Positions 40,381 to 53,350 of a stretch of DNA of 64,000 nucleotides are shown here, one piece after another (position 1 is the first letter of the stretch; each line of letters opens with the position of its first letter). Below the pieces are notes generated by a model. The model did no database searches, was not told where the DNA came from, and saw only the letters and a program-made list of their open reading frames with translations. Made by a program: the position numbers and the translations under genes. The DNA is taken from NCBI RefSeq assembly GCF_006345805.1, contig NC_043000.1, positions 154,752,001 through 154,816,000 on the forward strand, written 5' to 3'. Source of the DNA: Octopus sinensis. Lineage: Eukaryota.

Positions 40381-41002
40381 CAATAACATATCTGTCCATT
40401 CTTCATACACTTTAGCTACCAGAATTGAGTCTGAATACCTGATCATTAGCGTTTTTCATCCAGAGAACACCTCTCTTTGGACGATATGTGTTCATAACAC
40501 ACATGATTCATCAGTGAAAGAGGATTTTGAGACGTTGCTGTTTCAACCTTATTGTGTACCTCCTTGGTCAAAGCCAACCTGCTGATCCAATAGATCTAAC
40601 AAGAGTATGAGCTCTTGCTTATTGTAATCAGGAAATATAGTATTTGCTGATGCATGCTGATATCTGCCAAATAGCAAGAATCGAAACAATAATATATGTA
40701 TTCATTCTTATTTTCAGGTTGGCAGACATCACAATGCACAAGCAAATAATTTTCTGATTACTATAAACAAGAGCTCAGCTCCAGCTAGATTCATCAGTTC
40801 AGTGGAGTAACTTTGACTGATGAGACAAAATAAGTTTGAAACAGCAGTATCTCAAAGTCCCCTTAGACAGGTGAATTACGTGTGTTATAAAAACACATCT
40901 TCTAAAAGGAGAAGCTGTTCTCTGTTGATGAAAAATGGCAGCAATCAGGCATTCATGCTTGAATCTGCCAGAACATATTAGAAATGAAAAGATATGTTAT
41001 TG
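40381..41002. repeat. Old ~620-bp foldback with a hammerhead motif in each arm
   Basis: 40381-40670 is a diverged reverse complement of 40719-41002; ends CAATAACATATCT / AGATATGTTATTG. Confidence 0.85.
40810..40858 (+). ncRNA. Minimal type I hammerhead ribozyme motif, partly decayed
   Basis: ACUUUGA-CUGAUGA(40817-23)-gacaaaauaaguuu-GAAAC(40838-42)-agcagu-AUC/UCAAAGU with a 7-bp stem I; the mirror copy 40526-40572 (-) keeps GAAAC..GUC/UCAAA. Confidence 0.65.
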
Positions 41003-41203
41003 GTTGGATTCCTACTGTTCTGCATGCACCCTATGATTTATATTAGTTACAAAACGTACATATAATAATATTTATTACTATACATGCTCATGCATATGCA
41101 TATGTACATATAATAATAAATATTACTAGACATGCTCATGTATACATATACACTCACACATATATAGTGTAAAAACAAACATTATATATATATATATATA
41201 TAT

Positions 41204-41430
41204 AGTGTGGTTGTATACTGTCAACTTAATGTGACAGATGTGTAAGGGAATTTCACCACCACTGTTTAGCCCTAGGAAGCATCGACGCTTCTGTCAGCCT
41301 TGACGCATTTCCTGTGTCCTTATATATTTACGAAGGGGAGACAAATACCCCCAACAGCTAGGCCTGCATCTAGAGACACGCATGTTTCAGGGTCTTTGCC
41401 CATCATCGGTCTAGAGTAGCAGAGGCCTGC
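41204..41430 (-). mobile_element. Penelope-pLTR-like or retrozyme-like fragment inserted in (TA)n
   Basis: Unique segment bounded by (TA)n on both sides and containing a hammerhead motif. Confidence 0.65.
41360..41430 (-). ncRNA. Minimal type I hammerhead ribozyme (U4C core variant)
   Basis: UCUAGA-CCGAUGA-UGGG caaaga CCCU-GAAAC-augcgu-GUC/UCUAGA; stem I extended by CUGC/GCAG and AGGC/GCCU. Confidence 0.8.
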
Positions 41431-41630
41431 TATATATATATTAAGTACATAAAGTATATACGTATATTATATATATATAAAGCATGATGGACTCTCCTGT
41501 TGGTTTTGGTGTATAAAGATCTGACAACCTAAACTTTCTTAGTCGGTCATAATGCTTCTGGTGAATGGGACATTTGAGTTCTGCCAACGATTTGCAAAGA
41601 AGCCCACAGATGTTGTGACTATGAGGAATA

Positions 41631-42012
41631 TGGAGGCGCAATGGCCCAGTGGTTAGGGCAGCGAACTCGTGGTCGTAGGATCACAGTTTCGATTCCCAGA
41701 CCGGGCGTTGTGAGTGTTTATTGAGCGAAAACACCTAAAAGCTCCATGAGGCTCCAGCAGGGATGGTGGTGATCCCTGTTGTACTCTTTCGCCACAACTT
41801 TCTCTCACTCTTACTTCCCGTTTCTGTTGTACCTGTATTTCAAAGGGCCGGCCTTGTCACTCTCTGTGTCACGCTGAATATCCCCAAGAACTACGTTAAG
41901 GGTACACGTGTCTGTGGAGTGCTCAGCCACTTACACGTTAATTTCATGAGCAGGCTGTTCCATTGATCAGATCAACCGGAACCCTCGTCGTCGTAACCGA
42001 TGGAGTGCTTCC
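41631..42012 (+). mobile_element. SINE family C, long tail type ending GGAGTGCTTCC
   Basis: TSD ATGAGGAATATG at 41621-41632 and 42013-42024. Confidence 0.9.
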
Positions 42013-42847
42013 ATGAGGAATATGTGTCAGTGCAGACAGTATCTTTGCAGAAGACTTTTCTCCTTTGCCTTGCACCCCTTAGCCTGTTAATGTTGGTTGA
42101 AATAAAATCTCTTATATTCTTTTATCATGACAATCTGCACTTTCTTCACTCCAAGGCTGTTTGGTCAGCTTGTCCTTATATCTGAGCCACGGTTGAACCA
42201 GCATTCCTGGACCCACTATCAAGCTGGTTGTACATGACGACTTTTGTTATTCTTTTGTTACTCATTCTAACAACATGACATAATATATATATTTGTATGC
42301 ATATTTACATATATGTACATATACACATGCAACCACAATAGCAGTCATTTTTTTTTTCAAATAATGATATGTAAACATGTTAAGCATAAACCCATATGAA
42401 AAAAATAGCCAAAAGCTATGCAAAAGTCTACCATATGAAGAAATAGATTAAAGAGATGAAAGACAAAATTTGTTATGTTGAGACACAATAATGTGATGGA
42501 TATGTTGAATGATAAATTCTAAATGTTGATTGCCTGAGTAAGTTTACATCTCTTATTCAGAATATCTTTCAGATATTCTAACAAAATAGTTTCTAGTCAA
42601 CAGTTGTTTTGTTATATGTTTCTCTTTAGCCATCTATTTGTTCACACATTCATCCATCTGCTTGTTATTGCTACTAGTCTATTCATATATTGCTTACAGC
42701 CCACATAACTACACCAGTCTACTTCCCACAATATGTGTGTGTATGTGTGTGTGTATGTGTGTGTGTGTTTGTGTGCATGCATGTATGGATGTATATGTAT
42801 GTGTGTGTCTCTGCATATGTATGTAATATATATATATACATATATAT

Positions 42848-42910
<63 letters not shown>

Positions 42911-42985
42911 CATACATACACACACACATATATATATTGTAGACGGAAGATGGAAGATACCAGGTATAAACTATTTGGTTTATTA

Positions 42986-43037
<52 letters not shown>

Positions 43038-43339
43038 ATATATATATATGTATATATATATTGTATGTATGTATATGTGTGTTTGTATATTAGTGTGTGT
43101 TTTGTATCACACGGTAGTTGTAAATGAGTCTCACTGTTATGTAAGCAGTATTATTCATTATCAATATTCTGCAAAAACATATCTGGGCATATGGAAATAT
43201 TACCTTGCTTGGAAAAAAAAAGAAGAGAGGGTTGGTAAGAGGAAGGGCATCCAGCTGAAGAATAATATGTCCCTCAATAAACCCAGTCTGACTCATGTAA
43301 GCATGGAAAACTGGATGTTAAAACAACAATAAGGAGGAG

Positions 43340-43460
43340 GAGGATGATGACGACGACGATAATGATGATGATAATGATGATGATGGCGATGGTAATGATG
43401 ATGATGATGATGGTGGTGATGGTGATGATGGTGATGATGCTGTGGATGACGATGATACTG
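43340..43460. repeat. Expanded (GAT/GGT)n tail of a family-D-related SINE at about 43080-43330
   Basis: AGGAAGGGCATCCAGC core near 43240 precedes the tract. Confidence 0.75.
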
Positions 43461-44819
43461 ATATATACATACATATATATTTTATTTTATCATATAAGGG
43501 ATGATGGCGATGGAGATTGGAATATTTTACATCCAAATCTCTCCTGAACATCATGTTTTTATTAAGTCTCTTACCCTCATCCTCCATTTTGAGTTCAACT
43601 CTGTCTCAACCACAACACCTAGTTCTTCTCCTCAGAAGTCCCTTAGAACTCCATCATTTCCTGCAATAGTAACTGACAATAGTCTAAGTGGAATATCAAT
43701 TCCTTGTGTCTTGGAGAGTCTGCAAAGTTCACAGGCACTGCTCCTATTTTCAAATAAAACAACACACACACACGCACACACACACACAGACACACACACA
43801 TGTATATGTGTAAAACTTCCACAGTATTGCTACTTTATTGGTAGGTCATCAGCCTTTTGCCATAATAGAATTTAGCTGTGTCCCAGACAAAACAGATTAA
43901 GCCCTTTAGCAGCATAGTAGGTGTCCTGAGTGAACCAATGCCCTGGGCCCTCTAGTATTTATTTATTGACAGTGAGCCACAGCATATGTAAGTCAGATTA
44001 AGCCCCTAGACTCCCAAGGTCATGAGCAATTGACCAATGTTCCCAACCCTTCTCGAGTAAGGAAAACAAAAGTAGCAGGAGAGTACTCCATGGGATGAAT
44101 TTCATATGGAAACTAAAAAGGTATAGGTATGACTATGTGCTTTGTAAAGGGTCTGCTAATTATGGAATGAGTTTAGATAATTACGGGACAGTAGTGATAG
44201 AAGGAATTTGTTTAATATTGTGATTGAGGTTAGAGAACAATGCCTAGATATACTGGTGATCCTGTTACATTAGTAACAAGAGGAGCAAGTGGTAACACTG
44301 GTTTTGTTGATGTAATTATGGGGAATTAATTATTTGGGGGAAAATACATTAGTAGAATGAATATCTACAAAGTAGAAGGGAGTTCTACAGGTTCAGTCAT
44401 AGACTAGTCTTCTTTCAGTGATGGATGCAAGGTTAAAGAGAAAAACAGGTTCTGATTAGTGGGGTAAAAATTGTAAAAAATTGCACACCAATGTTCCCAA
44501 ATTATTAAAACACTTACTACGAAAGGGTATCATTTCCTGAAGTGCTCCACCTTGGGCTTCAAATAAAGAAAAAGTACATAAAACAAATTAATTTTGGCTT
44601 TAATTACTTGTTTTAATCATTATCATAAGCACAAAATGTATAAACTAATAGAAAATCTACTGGCGTTTATACGTGCTAGGACATATTGATGTGTGTGTAT
44701 GTGTGCATGTGAGTATGTGTGTGAGAGAGTGTATGTGTGTGTGTGCGAGTGTATGTGTGTCTGTGTGAGAGTGTATGTGTGTTTGTATATGTATGTGTAT
44801 GTATATTTGTTTTTGGAAA

Positions 44820-45320
44820 CAGTTGACAGGTTACTTTGTTGTTACTCAAAGATTTTGCTACATGAGCAAGACAGTAATTTTTACAGAGTCCTCTTGTAGA
44901 CTGACCCCATAAAAAAAGTAAAAGAGATTCCATTATAATGGCTGGAGACACTAATGCATATGTTAGACAACCCCATAATGAGTATTCTGATGTATATGGC
45001 GGCAATGAATTTGATATGAGGACTGAGGCAGTGTCAAAGTTCTTGGTGTTTTGCACCACAAGTGATTTAACCACATGCCACAATAACGTCATGAAACTAG
45101 TGAGTCACTACACAACTTACTAATCAAACAAGAAGGCAAACCAGACAGATTCATAAGGGTTGATGGTTGATTGTGAATACCAAGTACTTTCATAGTGAAT
45201 AATGCAACATTTGATAATATAGACTAGTGATTAGTGACTGCAGGATGAAAACCTATGTAGTCTCTGAAAGTACAAAACGATCTACTGAAAGAAGGTATGG
45301 AAGCTGAAAAATCTTCCTGC
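44820..45320 (+). mobile_element. Degenerate RTE-clade LINE, AP-endonuclease region
   Basis: IIMAGDTNAYV..YGGNEFDMRTE..FLVFC..DLTTC..SHYTTY and RLVISD match the GDFN, RN.EG, HLITY and HRLV APE motifs. Confidence 0.75.
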
Positions 45321-45902
45321 TAATGTAGGTTAAGAAAAGATGCTACTTGACATGTATCCCAGTAAGGAGGAGGAGGAGGAGGGGGTTAGGAGGAGGAAGA
45401 GAGAGGGAGAGAGACACTAATAAGAGAGGAAAAATAGAAGTTTCTGTGAGATAACCAGCTGTGAGTCAAAAACCCAGTTCTGTGGATGAGCAAAATTCCA
45501 ATCAGACAGAAGGTGATATGGTGATAAATAGCACAGTAGACAGAACCATAAAAGCTGAAAAGTAGGTTTAGAAAGAAAGTAATGGGACAAGGAATGATAA
45601 AAGAAGTTTTTCCCTGAGACTTTTAAAAGACATCAAAATACAATTCCCTCTAACATAGCAGACCAGCCATCTGCTATAGACTAATTTTACTAATTTGTTG
45701 ATCAGGTAAAATTCTAACAAAAGTATTGGAACTATGGATATATGCAGAGATGACACAAAGGACATAGAACAAGCATGGGCAAACTTTTCTGAGAAGTAGG
45801 TGCCATGAGACTTGACTGGTCATCAGGCAAGCTACACTACTGAAAAAATTCAAGATAATTTTTTTGTTGGCATGCCATTTAGAAAGTCCCATGGACTGTG
45901 GT

Positions 45903-46131
45903 TTGCCCCTTTTGTTACCAACCCGGCTGAAACTGGCTCTGGCTCTGTTGTACAAATGTCTTGTTTTCCTAAGTTTCCAGTTAAAATCTTCCACCAAACC
46001 TGAGTCACAATTTATCTTCCTAACACTAGCTTAATGATAACTAAGTTATTTTACTAAATTCTTTGTTATATGTAAAGTAATTGAAAGAAACACAGAGCAT
46101 CTCAAAATAAATACGGTAACGAAAGGGTTAA
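45903..46131. mobile_element. piggyBac-like non-autonomous MITE
   Basis: TIR CCCTTT(T/C)GTTACC at 45907-45919 and GGTAACGAAAGGG at 46115-46127, followed by TTAA (left TTAA decayed). Confidence 0.7.
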
Positions 46132-46227
46132 GACTGATGTAGAAAATTTGACAATGAAAGCAGTTCAACATATTCTCATGTATGATAGCTGAAATAAACT
46201 GAAAAACTATAGAAATGATATCTACAT

Positions 46228-46652
46228 AGGAGTGGCTGTGTGGTAAGTAGCTTGCTAACCAACCACATGGTTCCGGGTTCAGTCCCACTGCGTGGCATCT
46301 TGGGCAAGTGTTTTCGTGCTACAGCCCCGGACTGACCAATGCCTTCTGAGTGGATTTGGTAGACGGAAACTGAAAGAAGCCTGTCGTATATATGTATATA
46401 TATATATATATGTATGTATGTGTGTGTATGTGTTTGTGTGTCTGTGTTTGTTCCCCTAGCATTACTTGACAACTGATACTGGTGTGTTTACGTTCCCGTC
46501 ACTTAGCAGTTCGGCAAAAGAGACCGATAGAATAAGTACTGGGCTTACAAAGAATAAGTCCCGGGGTCGATTTGATCGACTAAAGGCGGTGCTCCAGCAT
46601 GGCCGCAGTCAAATGACTGAAACAAGTAAAAGAGTAAAAAGAGTAAAGAGTA
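46228..46652 (+). mobile_element. SINE family A
   Basis: Family consensus match. Confidence 0.92.
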
Positions 46653-47407
46653 ATGACATGAAAGCTTTTTAATTTTTTTCTACACTCAAATCTCAAATTA
46701 TAAATTATTGATGTGAAACGAAGTAGTAGGAGATTTCTTTTTTAAATGGAAGGGTGATGGTGTTATTGAATGTGGTGTAGGGGAGAGCGAGCAGAATGCG
46801 AAAGGTTTTGCAGTTAGTAAAGAAAATAGCTTCATTAGAAATGAGTGGTATAAAGGAAGGAAAAATTCAGGTGTAACTTTAGGAGGTTATAACACGGAAT
46901 GATAAAATGCATTTCAGATAACACTTGTTGTTTGATGTATGTCAATTAACTTCACTGCAAGCAACTAGGATTAAGTAAATGGAATGACATTAATTGCAGA
47001 GCTAGAGAATGACATTTGTGATAGAGTCAAAGAAAGATTTGTAACCGAGTATGAGAATGATAGTAGGGTATTTGTAACATGTCAAGACATTACAGAAAAT
47101 GATGTGTCAGAGCCAGAAAATAACAGTAATAGATGCTTGTCTTATGTCGTCTCTTCAAAGAAAGGAAAGACTTGCTCACAGTCTAAATCAATATGGTGGA
47201 AAGCAGAATGAAGTTACTGTAGTTAATATTTGATTTGGAATTACTTTATATTACATATGATTGATGGGATGAGATAGTTGACACCTCACACTTGCACTAA
47301 CATTACAGCAGAAGAGACTTCTTTTTTTTTTTAACCATAAGAAACTTAACTGTAGTTAAATGAAGCAAGGTAGAATAGACATATTGTTAAAAAAACAAAA
47401 AAACTAG

Positions 47408-47449
47408 TAACTTTCAGATATCAGTCTGTGGAGGTATCAATGGTATGAA

Positions 47450-47485
<36 letters not shown>

Positions 47486-47529
47486 TTCATACCATTTATG
47501 CCTCCACAGAGACTGATATATGAAAGTTA
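47408..47529. repeat. Hairpin with ~43-nt arms around an (ATT)n loop
   Basis: 47408-47450 versus 47485-47529. Confidence 0.88.
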
Positions 47530-49185
47530 TTTTTATTATCTATTCATTTAATAACAAAAATAACGATAATAACAATGAAATAAATAATAACAATGAAAAA
47601 TAGTAATATTTACTGCTGTTGTTACTACTACAACTATTTTATGTTTGTAACAAAGCAAAGATATTTCAAGGAATGAGACCCAGAAAAATATTTGCATGTT
47701 GTTTGACAACCAATATACATAATAAAAAATTAGTTTATCGCGGTTGAAACAAAATCAATGATTTCTAAGCAGTAAAAACTGAAAATATTTATATTTATAT
47801 TTTCATTTACTTATATGCATGAAGAACATTATCCTCAATGACACTTAACAAAAAAAAAAAAAAAATAAATAAATAAATAGAACTGATCCAATTTTTACCA
47901 TAAACATATTCCTGGATATTTCTTAATAATGAAGCTTAAATAATGTAACTGATTCATATCATCACCAATAAGTTATATTTGACATTTAAAGATCTCAAGG
48001 AAAACTATTTTTTAGAAATTCAGTTGCCTATATGGAGCCTTAAATACAAAAATAGATACAATAAAATAGTAGAATAAAATGAATTTATGTTACATTTTCC
48101 TTCTGAGTGAAGAAACCTGTTGTAGCTGTAACTTTCCCACTTTTCTTTTCAAGTAATAGTGTTTTCTAGATCACATTCTCCAATGTGTCCTTTCTAGTTT
48201 TAGGGCAGTAAGGTATGAAAAAAAACTTGGCTGCTATCTTTAGCAGGTCTAGCGACTATGTAGAGACTTTGTCAGCTCATAAAAACTATTGGTAAAATTA
48301 TATAGCATGCTAGTTGAATGTATAATTTTTAACCAACAGACTTTTTATAAAAAAAACAAGAAATATTTTCAACTAATTGACTTTTAAAAGTAATTAACTA
48401 ATTGTCTTCCCACCCAACTACCCAATGTTATAAAGAAAAAAAGAAAAATGAGATAATACAATTAAAATTATAAAGGTCACAAAGAATCAGAAACCTCATT
48501 TAAGACAAGAGTAAAGTCTGTAATGGAATTAATTATGGGCATAACATTCTGTCTCATATGAAGATTAATGATTGTTGATCTGTTTAATCTTAGTTCAAAA
48601 TGGCAGGTTTCTCTTGATGCATCTGGAATCTTGAGATAACATCATTAAATAAGCATCATAATAGCTTTTATATTTCAATCATTTCAACACTTTAACATTT
48701 TCAGCTATTTAACTAGCAACAAAACACTCGGTAGAACGGACGGGGAAAGAACGTGGGCAGCTGTTGGAATAGTTAGTATGATGTACCGAATACTCAATTA
48801 TAAACTGATGTATAAAAAAAAAAATATATATATATAAAAGCAAAGAAAACAAAAATACAAACAAATGAAACAAAGAAGTAAATAGAAACATTCTAATAAT
48901 GTATAACACTAAGAACAAAAAATACAAATTATTAAAAAAAAAATGATGATGATATTGATATCTAACATAAGCACAAAGCCACACATTCTCAGAGAGGGTC
49001 TAGTCAATTATATTGAACACAACAGTTGATTGTTTCTTGTTTTATCATCCCCAGAAGGATGGAAGGCAAAACAGACCCTCATAATGATTTAAACCTTTAG
49101 CACAAAGGGATTTAACTAAATATGCCAAGGTATTTTGTCCTTCATGCTACTGGTTCTTTTAATCTAATCCCTTAAAAATTATGAC

Positions 49186-49408
49186 ACTCTCTCTCTTTAC
49201 TCTTTACTCTTTTACTTGTTTCAGTCATTTGACTGTGGCCATGCTGGAGCACCGCCTTTAGTCGAGCAAATCGACCCCGGGACTTATTCTATTGTAAGCC
49301 CAGTACTTATTCTATTGATCTCTTTTGCCGAACCGCTAAGTGACGGGGATGTAAACACACCAGCATCGGTTGTCAGGCAATGCTAGGGAGACAAACACAG
49401 ACACACAA

Positions 49409-49439
<31 letters not shown>

Positions 49440-49610
49440 CATATATACGACAGGCTTCTTTCAGTTTCCGTCTACCAAATCCACTCACAAGGCATTGGTC
49501 GGCCCGGGACTATAGCAGAAGACACTTGCCCAAGATGCCACGCAGTGGGACTGAACCCGGAACCATGTGGTTGGTTAGCAAGCGACTTACCACATAGCCA
49601 CTCTTGCACC
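49186..49610 (-). mobile_element. SINE family A
   Basis: Family consensus match. Confidence 0.92.
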
Positions 49611-49685
49611 TATTAATAATGTTATAATAATAATAATGATTTGGTTAGATCCAAGGTAAATGTTTGAAAGGTTAGTAATTATTAT

Positions 49686-50090
49686 ACTCTCTCTTTCACT
49701 CTTTTACTCGTTTCAGTCATTTGACTGTGGCCATGCTGGAGCACCACCTTTAGTCGAGCAAATCGACCCCAGGACTTATTCTATTGTAAGCCTAGTACTT
49801 ATTCTATCGGTCGCTTTTGCCGAGCCACTAAGTGACGGGGAAGTAAACACACCAGCATCAGTTGTCAAGTGATGTTGGGGGGACAAACACAGACACACAA
49901 AAATATACACACACACATATATACATATATACGATGGGCTTCTTTCAGTTTCCATCTACCAAATCCACTCACAAGGGTTTGGTCGACCTGAGGCTATAGT
50001 AGATGACACTTGCCCAAGGTGCTACACAGTGGGACTGAACCCGGAACCATGTGGTTTGTAAGCAAGCTACTAACAACACAGCCAATCCTG
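49686..50090 (-). mobile_element. SINE family A
   Basis: Family consensus match. Confidence 0.9.
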
Positions 50091-50838
50091 TTCACAACCT
50101 GTATGAAAGGCAAAGAAATTAAATGCTGTGTAGTGACAGGAGTGTTAATTCTTTATTTTTGATAGATTGGCTGAATTGTTGGAGTGTCGTCAAAAAATGT
50201 CCTGTAGTATTTCTTCAGGTTTTCCATGTTCTGAGTTCAAATCTCACCAGGGTTAACATTGCTTTTATCCCCCCTGGAATCACTAAAAATGTACCTAAAA
50301 AGTACTGGGATTGGTAGAGTTGACTGACACCTCAACCAAATTGCTGATCTAGTGTCTAAATTATTATTGTTATGGTGATGGATTGGTTGTTAGAGCATTG
50401 GAAAAATTGCTTTGTGATGTTTCTTCTAGTTCTTTATTTTCCGAGTTCAAATCCTGATGAGGTCAACTTAGCCTTTTGCATTGAATAAAGGACCAGGCAA
50501 GTACTGGAGTTTATATGTGGATATATTTGTTTTATTTATAATACTAATAGTAATTCTTTCTAATTTTGGTATGAGACCAGCAATTTGAAAAGAAGCAGGC
50601 AAGTCTAGTAAATAAACACCAGTACATGATCGGTACTTTATTTTATTGACCCTGAAAAGATGAAAGACAAAGTTGACGTCAGTTGGATTTGAGCTCAGAG
50701 CATAATGAGTCAGAAGAATTGCCATTAAGTATTTTGTTTGACACTGTAAGGGGCTTCTTTCAGTCTCCACTTACTAAATCGATTAACAAAGCTCACAATA
50801 CTTTGGTTATCATGGACACTAGTCCAAGATGCCATACC

Positions 50839-51066
50839 TATTTCTTTACTACCCACAACAGGCTAAACACAGAGAGGACAAGCAAGGACAGACAAACGGA
50901 TTAAGTCGATTATATTGACCCCAGTGTGTAACTGGTACTTAATTTAGCGACCCCGAAAGGATGAAAGGCAAAGTCGACCTCGGCGAAATTTGAACTCAGA
51001 ACGTAACGGCAGATGAAACACGGCTACGTATTTCACTCGGCGTGCTAACGTTTCTGCCAGCTCGCC
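50839..51066 (-). mobile_element. SINE family B nested in a decayed family A copy
   Basis: 13-bp TSD AAGATGCCATACC at 50826-50838 and 51075-51087. Confidence 0.9.
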
Positions 51067-51641
51067 AACTTCCTAAGATGCCATACCATCGGGCTGACAC
51101 CCAAACCACATGACTGGAAGGCAAACTCCTTGACCACACAGCCATGCCCTCATCTTTATGAATGTAAAAAAAAAACAAAAAAAAAACAAAAAAAAATGCA
51201 TCTTGAGTCTCAAAAAGCTTTGAAGGTGAGTACATAACTATGATTTCATAGCATAACTTAGGTAAGCAATAAATCCCATCTTGAGAAAGATGTTGGTTTA
51301 TCATCACAAGTAACAGTCTGAAATTAACGGTTACATGTTTCTGACAGATAAATTGAAGCAATGTAGAATAATGTATTCTGCCAAGAAACTCAGCAGTTTT
51401 GAACTTTCAGCTAATGTACAAATAGCCTAATAAATAGTCTATTTAACCATCTGTTCTATCTTTCAGGTAATATATCTTTGAGTAACAAAAGTATTGATGT
51501 ATTGCCACAATCCACTGATTAGGCACAAAAATATACATTGAACATTTACAAAGTACTTGACATATTTTTTCATGCAAGATAATTAATGGGGGTTGGGGAA
51601 ATCTCTTACATTATTGTTATTGTTATATTGTTAACCCAAAA

Positions 51642-51871
51642 GGCGGCGAGCTGGCAGAAACGTTAGCATGCCGGGCGAAAAGCGTAGCCGTATTTCGTCT
51701 GCTGTATGTTCTGAGATCAAATTCTGCCGAGGTCGACTTTGCTTTTCTTCCTTTCAGGGTCAGTAACTTAAGTACCAGTTATGCACTGGGGTCTATGTAA
51801 TCGACTTAATCCATTTGTCTGTCCTTGTTTGTCCCCTCTGTGTTTAGCCCCTTGTGGGTAGTAAAGAAATA
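51642..51871 (+). mobile_element. SINE family B
   Basis: 16-bp TSD TATATTGTTAACCCAA at 51624-51639 and 51872-51887. Confidence 0.92.
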
Positions 51872-52201
51872 TATATTGTTAACCCAACACACTGCATAAA
51901 AAGATCCTTTTTCCTAAAATTTCTTCAGTCTGGTCTGCACCCTAATTTTACAACTTTAGTTACATCCCCTAAAGTCAGTACATGATAGCATCTTCTTAAA
52001 TCTCAACCAACTCAACTTTTGTCGCACAAGATCATTAAAACTGCAAACTGAAGGAAAGGGAATAGCAAAATATGTTTCTCCTACAGACCATCATTTTGAA
52101 TGGATTGTTGCTGAAACTCTCTGTGGATATGATCCTAAAAAGCTAATTAAGAATGTGGTATAGTAGCTTCATACTACTATATTATTATTATTATTGTCAT
52201 A

Positions 52202-52237
<36 letters not shown>

Positions 52238-53039
52238 GATTCCTGTTGTGTGAAAATATCTTTTTGATTCTCCCTTCAAAACACATTTTACTTCAAGCAT
52301 TACCAAATGCAATTTTCTTTGGAGTTCTTGTAAAAAGGATAATAATTGCCTAAGGAAGGGCTGTCTTTGATATCCAGAAATAGACAACAGGGAAAAAAGA
52401 GGTTTGTTTTACAAACTTTTAAAATGTTATTTGCACACATTACATTTTCGCATCCAAAATGGTTACCGCACATAATTATGTCAAATAACAAAACACCATA
52501 ATAGTGAGAAAAACAGCACAAAATCAAAACAGAACTAAATGTATAAGAGGAAAAGGATAATGAACAGTATAGTGAACACTTACTAGAAGAAAATATCCCA
52601 AATATCCAAATAAGTAATTTGGAAGCAGCAGTAACAACAACAACGTTAACAACATCTTACTTAATTCCAAATACAATAACTCACATATAGCTACTGTGTA
52701 AAAACAAACCTTTCTGCAACATGAAATGAAGAGAGAGAATTTTTTGGACCCGAATACAGTTACAAGAATAAAAAAATAAAGATGGGAGAATTTCCAAAGA
52801 CGAATAGTATTGCTTTGTTATAGGAAATCATCCAAGAGAGGATAAAAAGAAAGACTATTTTATTGAAGTGAATTTAATTTTCCCTCATGCCAAGTTAAAC
52901 AGCAAACACTCCAGGAGAAATGAATTAATTTAATCAAAAGTGTATGACACATTTTACTGTACCATTAAAACTGAAAACACAGTCAAAACACAGGCTGAAA
53001 TTATCACATATACCTCAGATTAATAGTTTTTTCCTCAGC

Positions 53040-53350
53040 AAATGAGTCAAGGAAATGCAAGAATTATCATAAAAGATGCTGAACATGGTGCAGACCCATG
53101 GCATGTAGTGACTTTTGTGTCACAATATGGGAGAGTGGTTAAAGCAAGTGCGAAAATGTATCCTGTTGTCAGGCACCATTAAAATGGACTGTTAAAGTTC
53201 TAATTAACCCCCAAACCTCAGAGCAATGCTAGAACTGTTCCCAATAGAAGGTACTGAGATAAAGGGCATGAGATTGACAATGCTAGGTAGAAATCCTAGT
53301 TGTTAGATTTTTTGGACTAAAACACATCTTAGTGTTGAATGCCTCAAAGA
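53040..53350 (+). mobile_element. Possible LINE ORF1 (RRM plus zinc knuckle) fossil
   Basis: ARIIIKDAEHGADPWHVVTFVSQYGRVV and GRNPSC*...H....EC resemble Tx1-type ORF1; decayed. Confidence 0.3.

Noticed and set aside
42638-43127. Many [12 protein letters not shown] ORFs here and at 19.5, 56.7, 58.5 and 63 kb
   Set aside because: Stop-free translations of dinucleotide microsatellites
46984-47211. 75-aa acidic ORF
   Set aside because: No recognisable domain or splice context; possibly a transposase relic, unsupported
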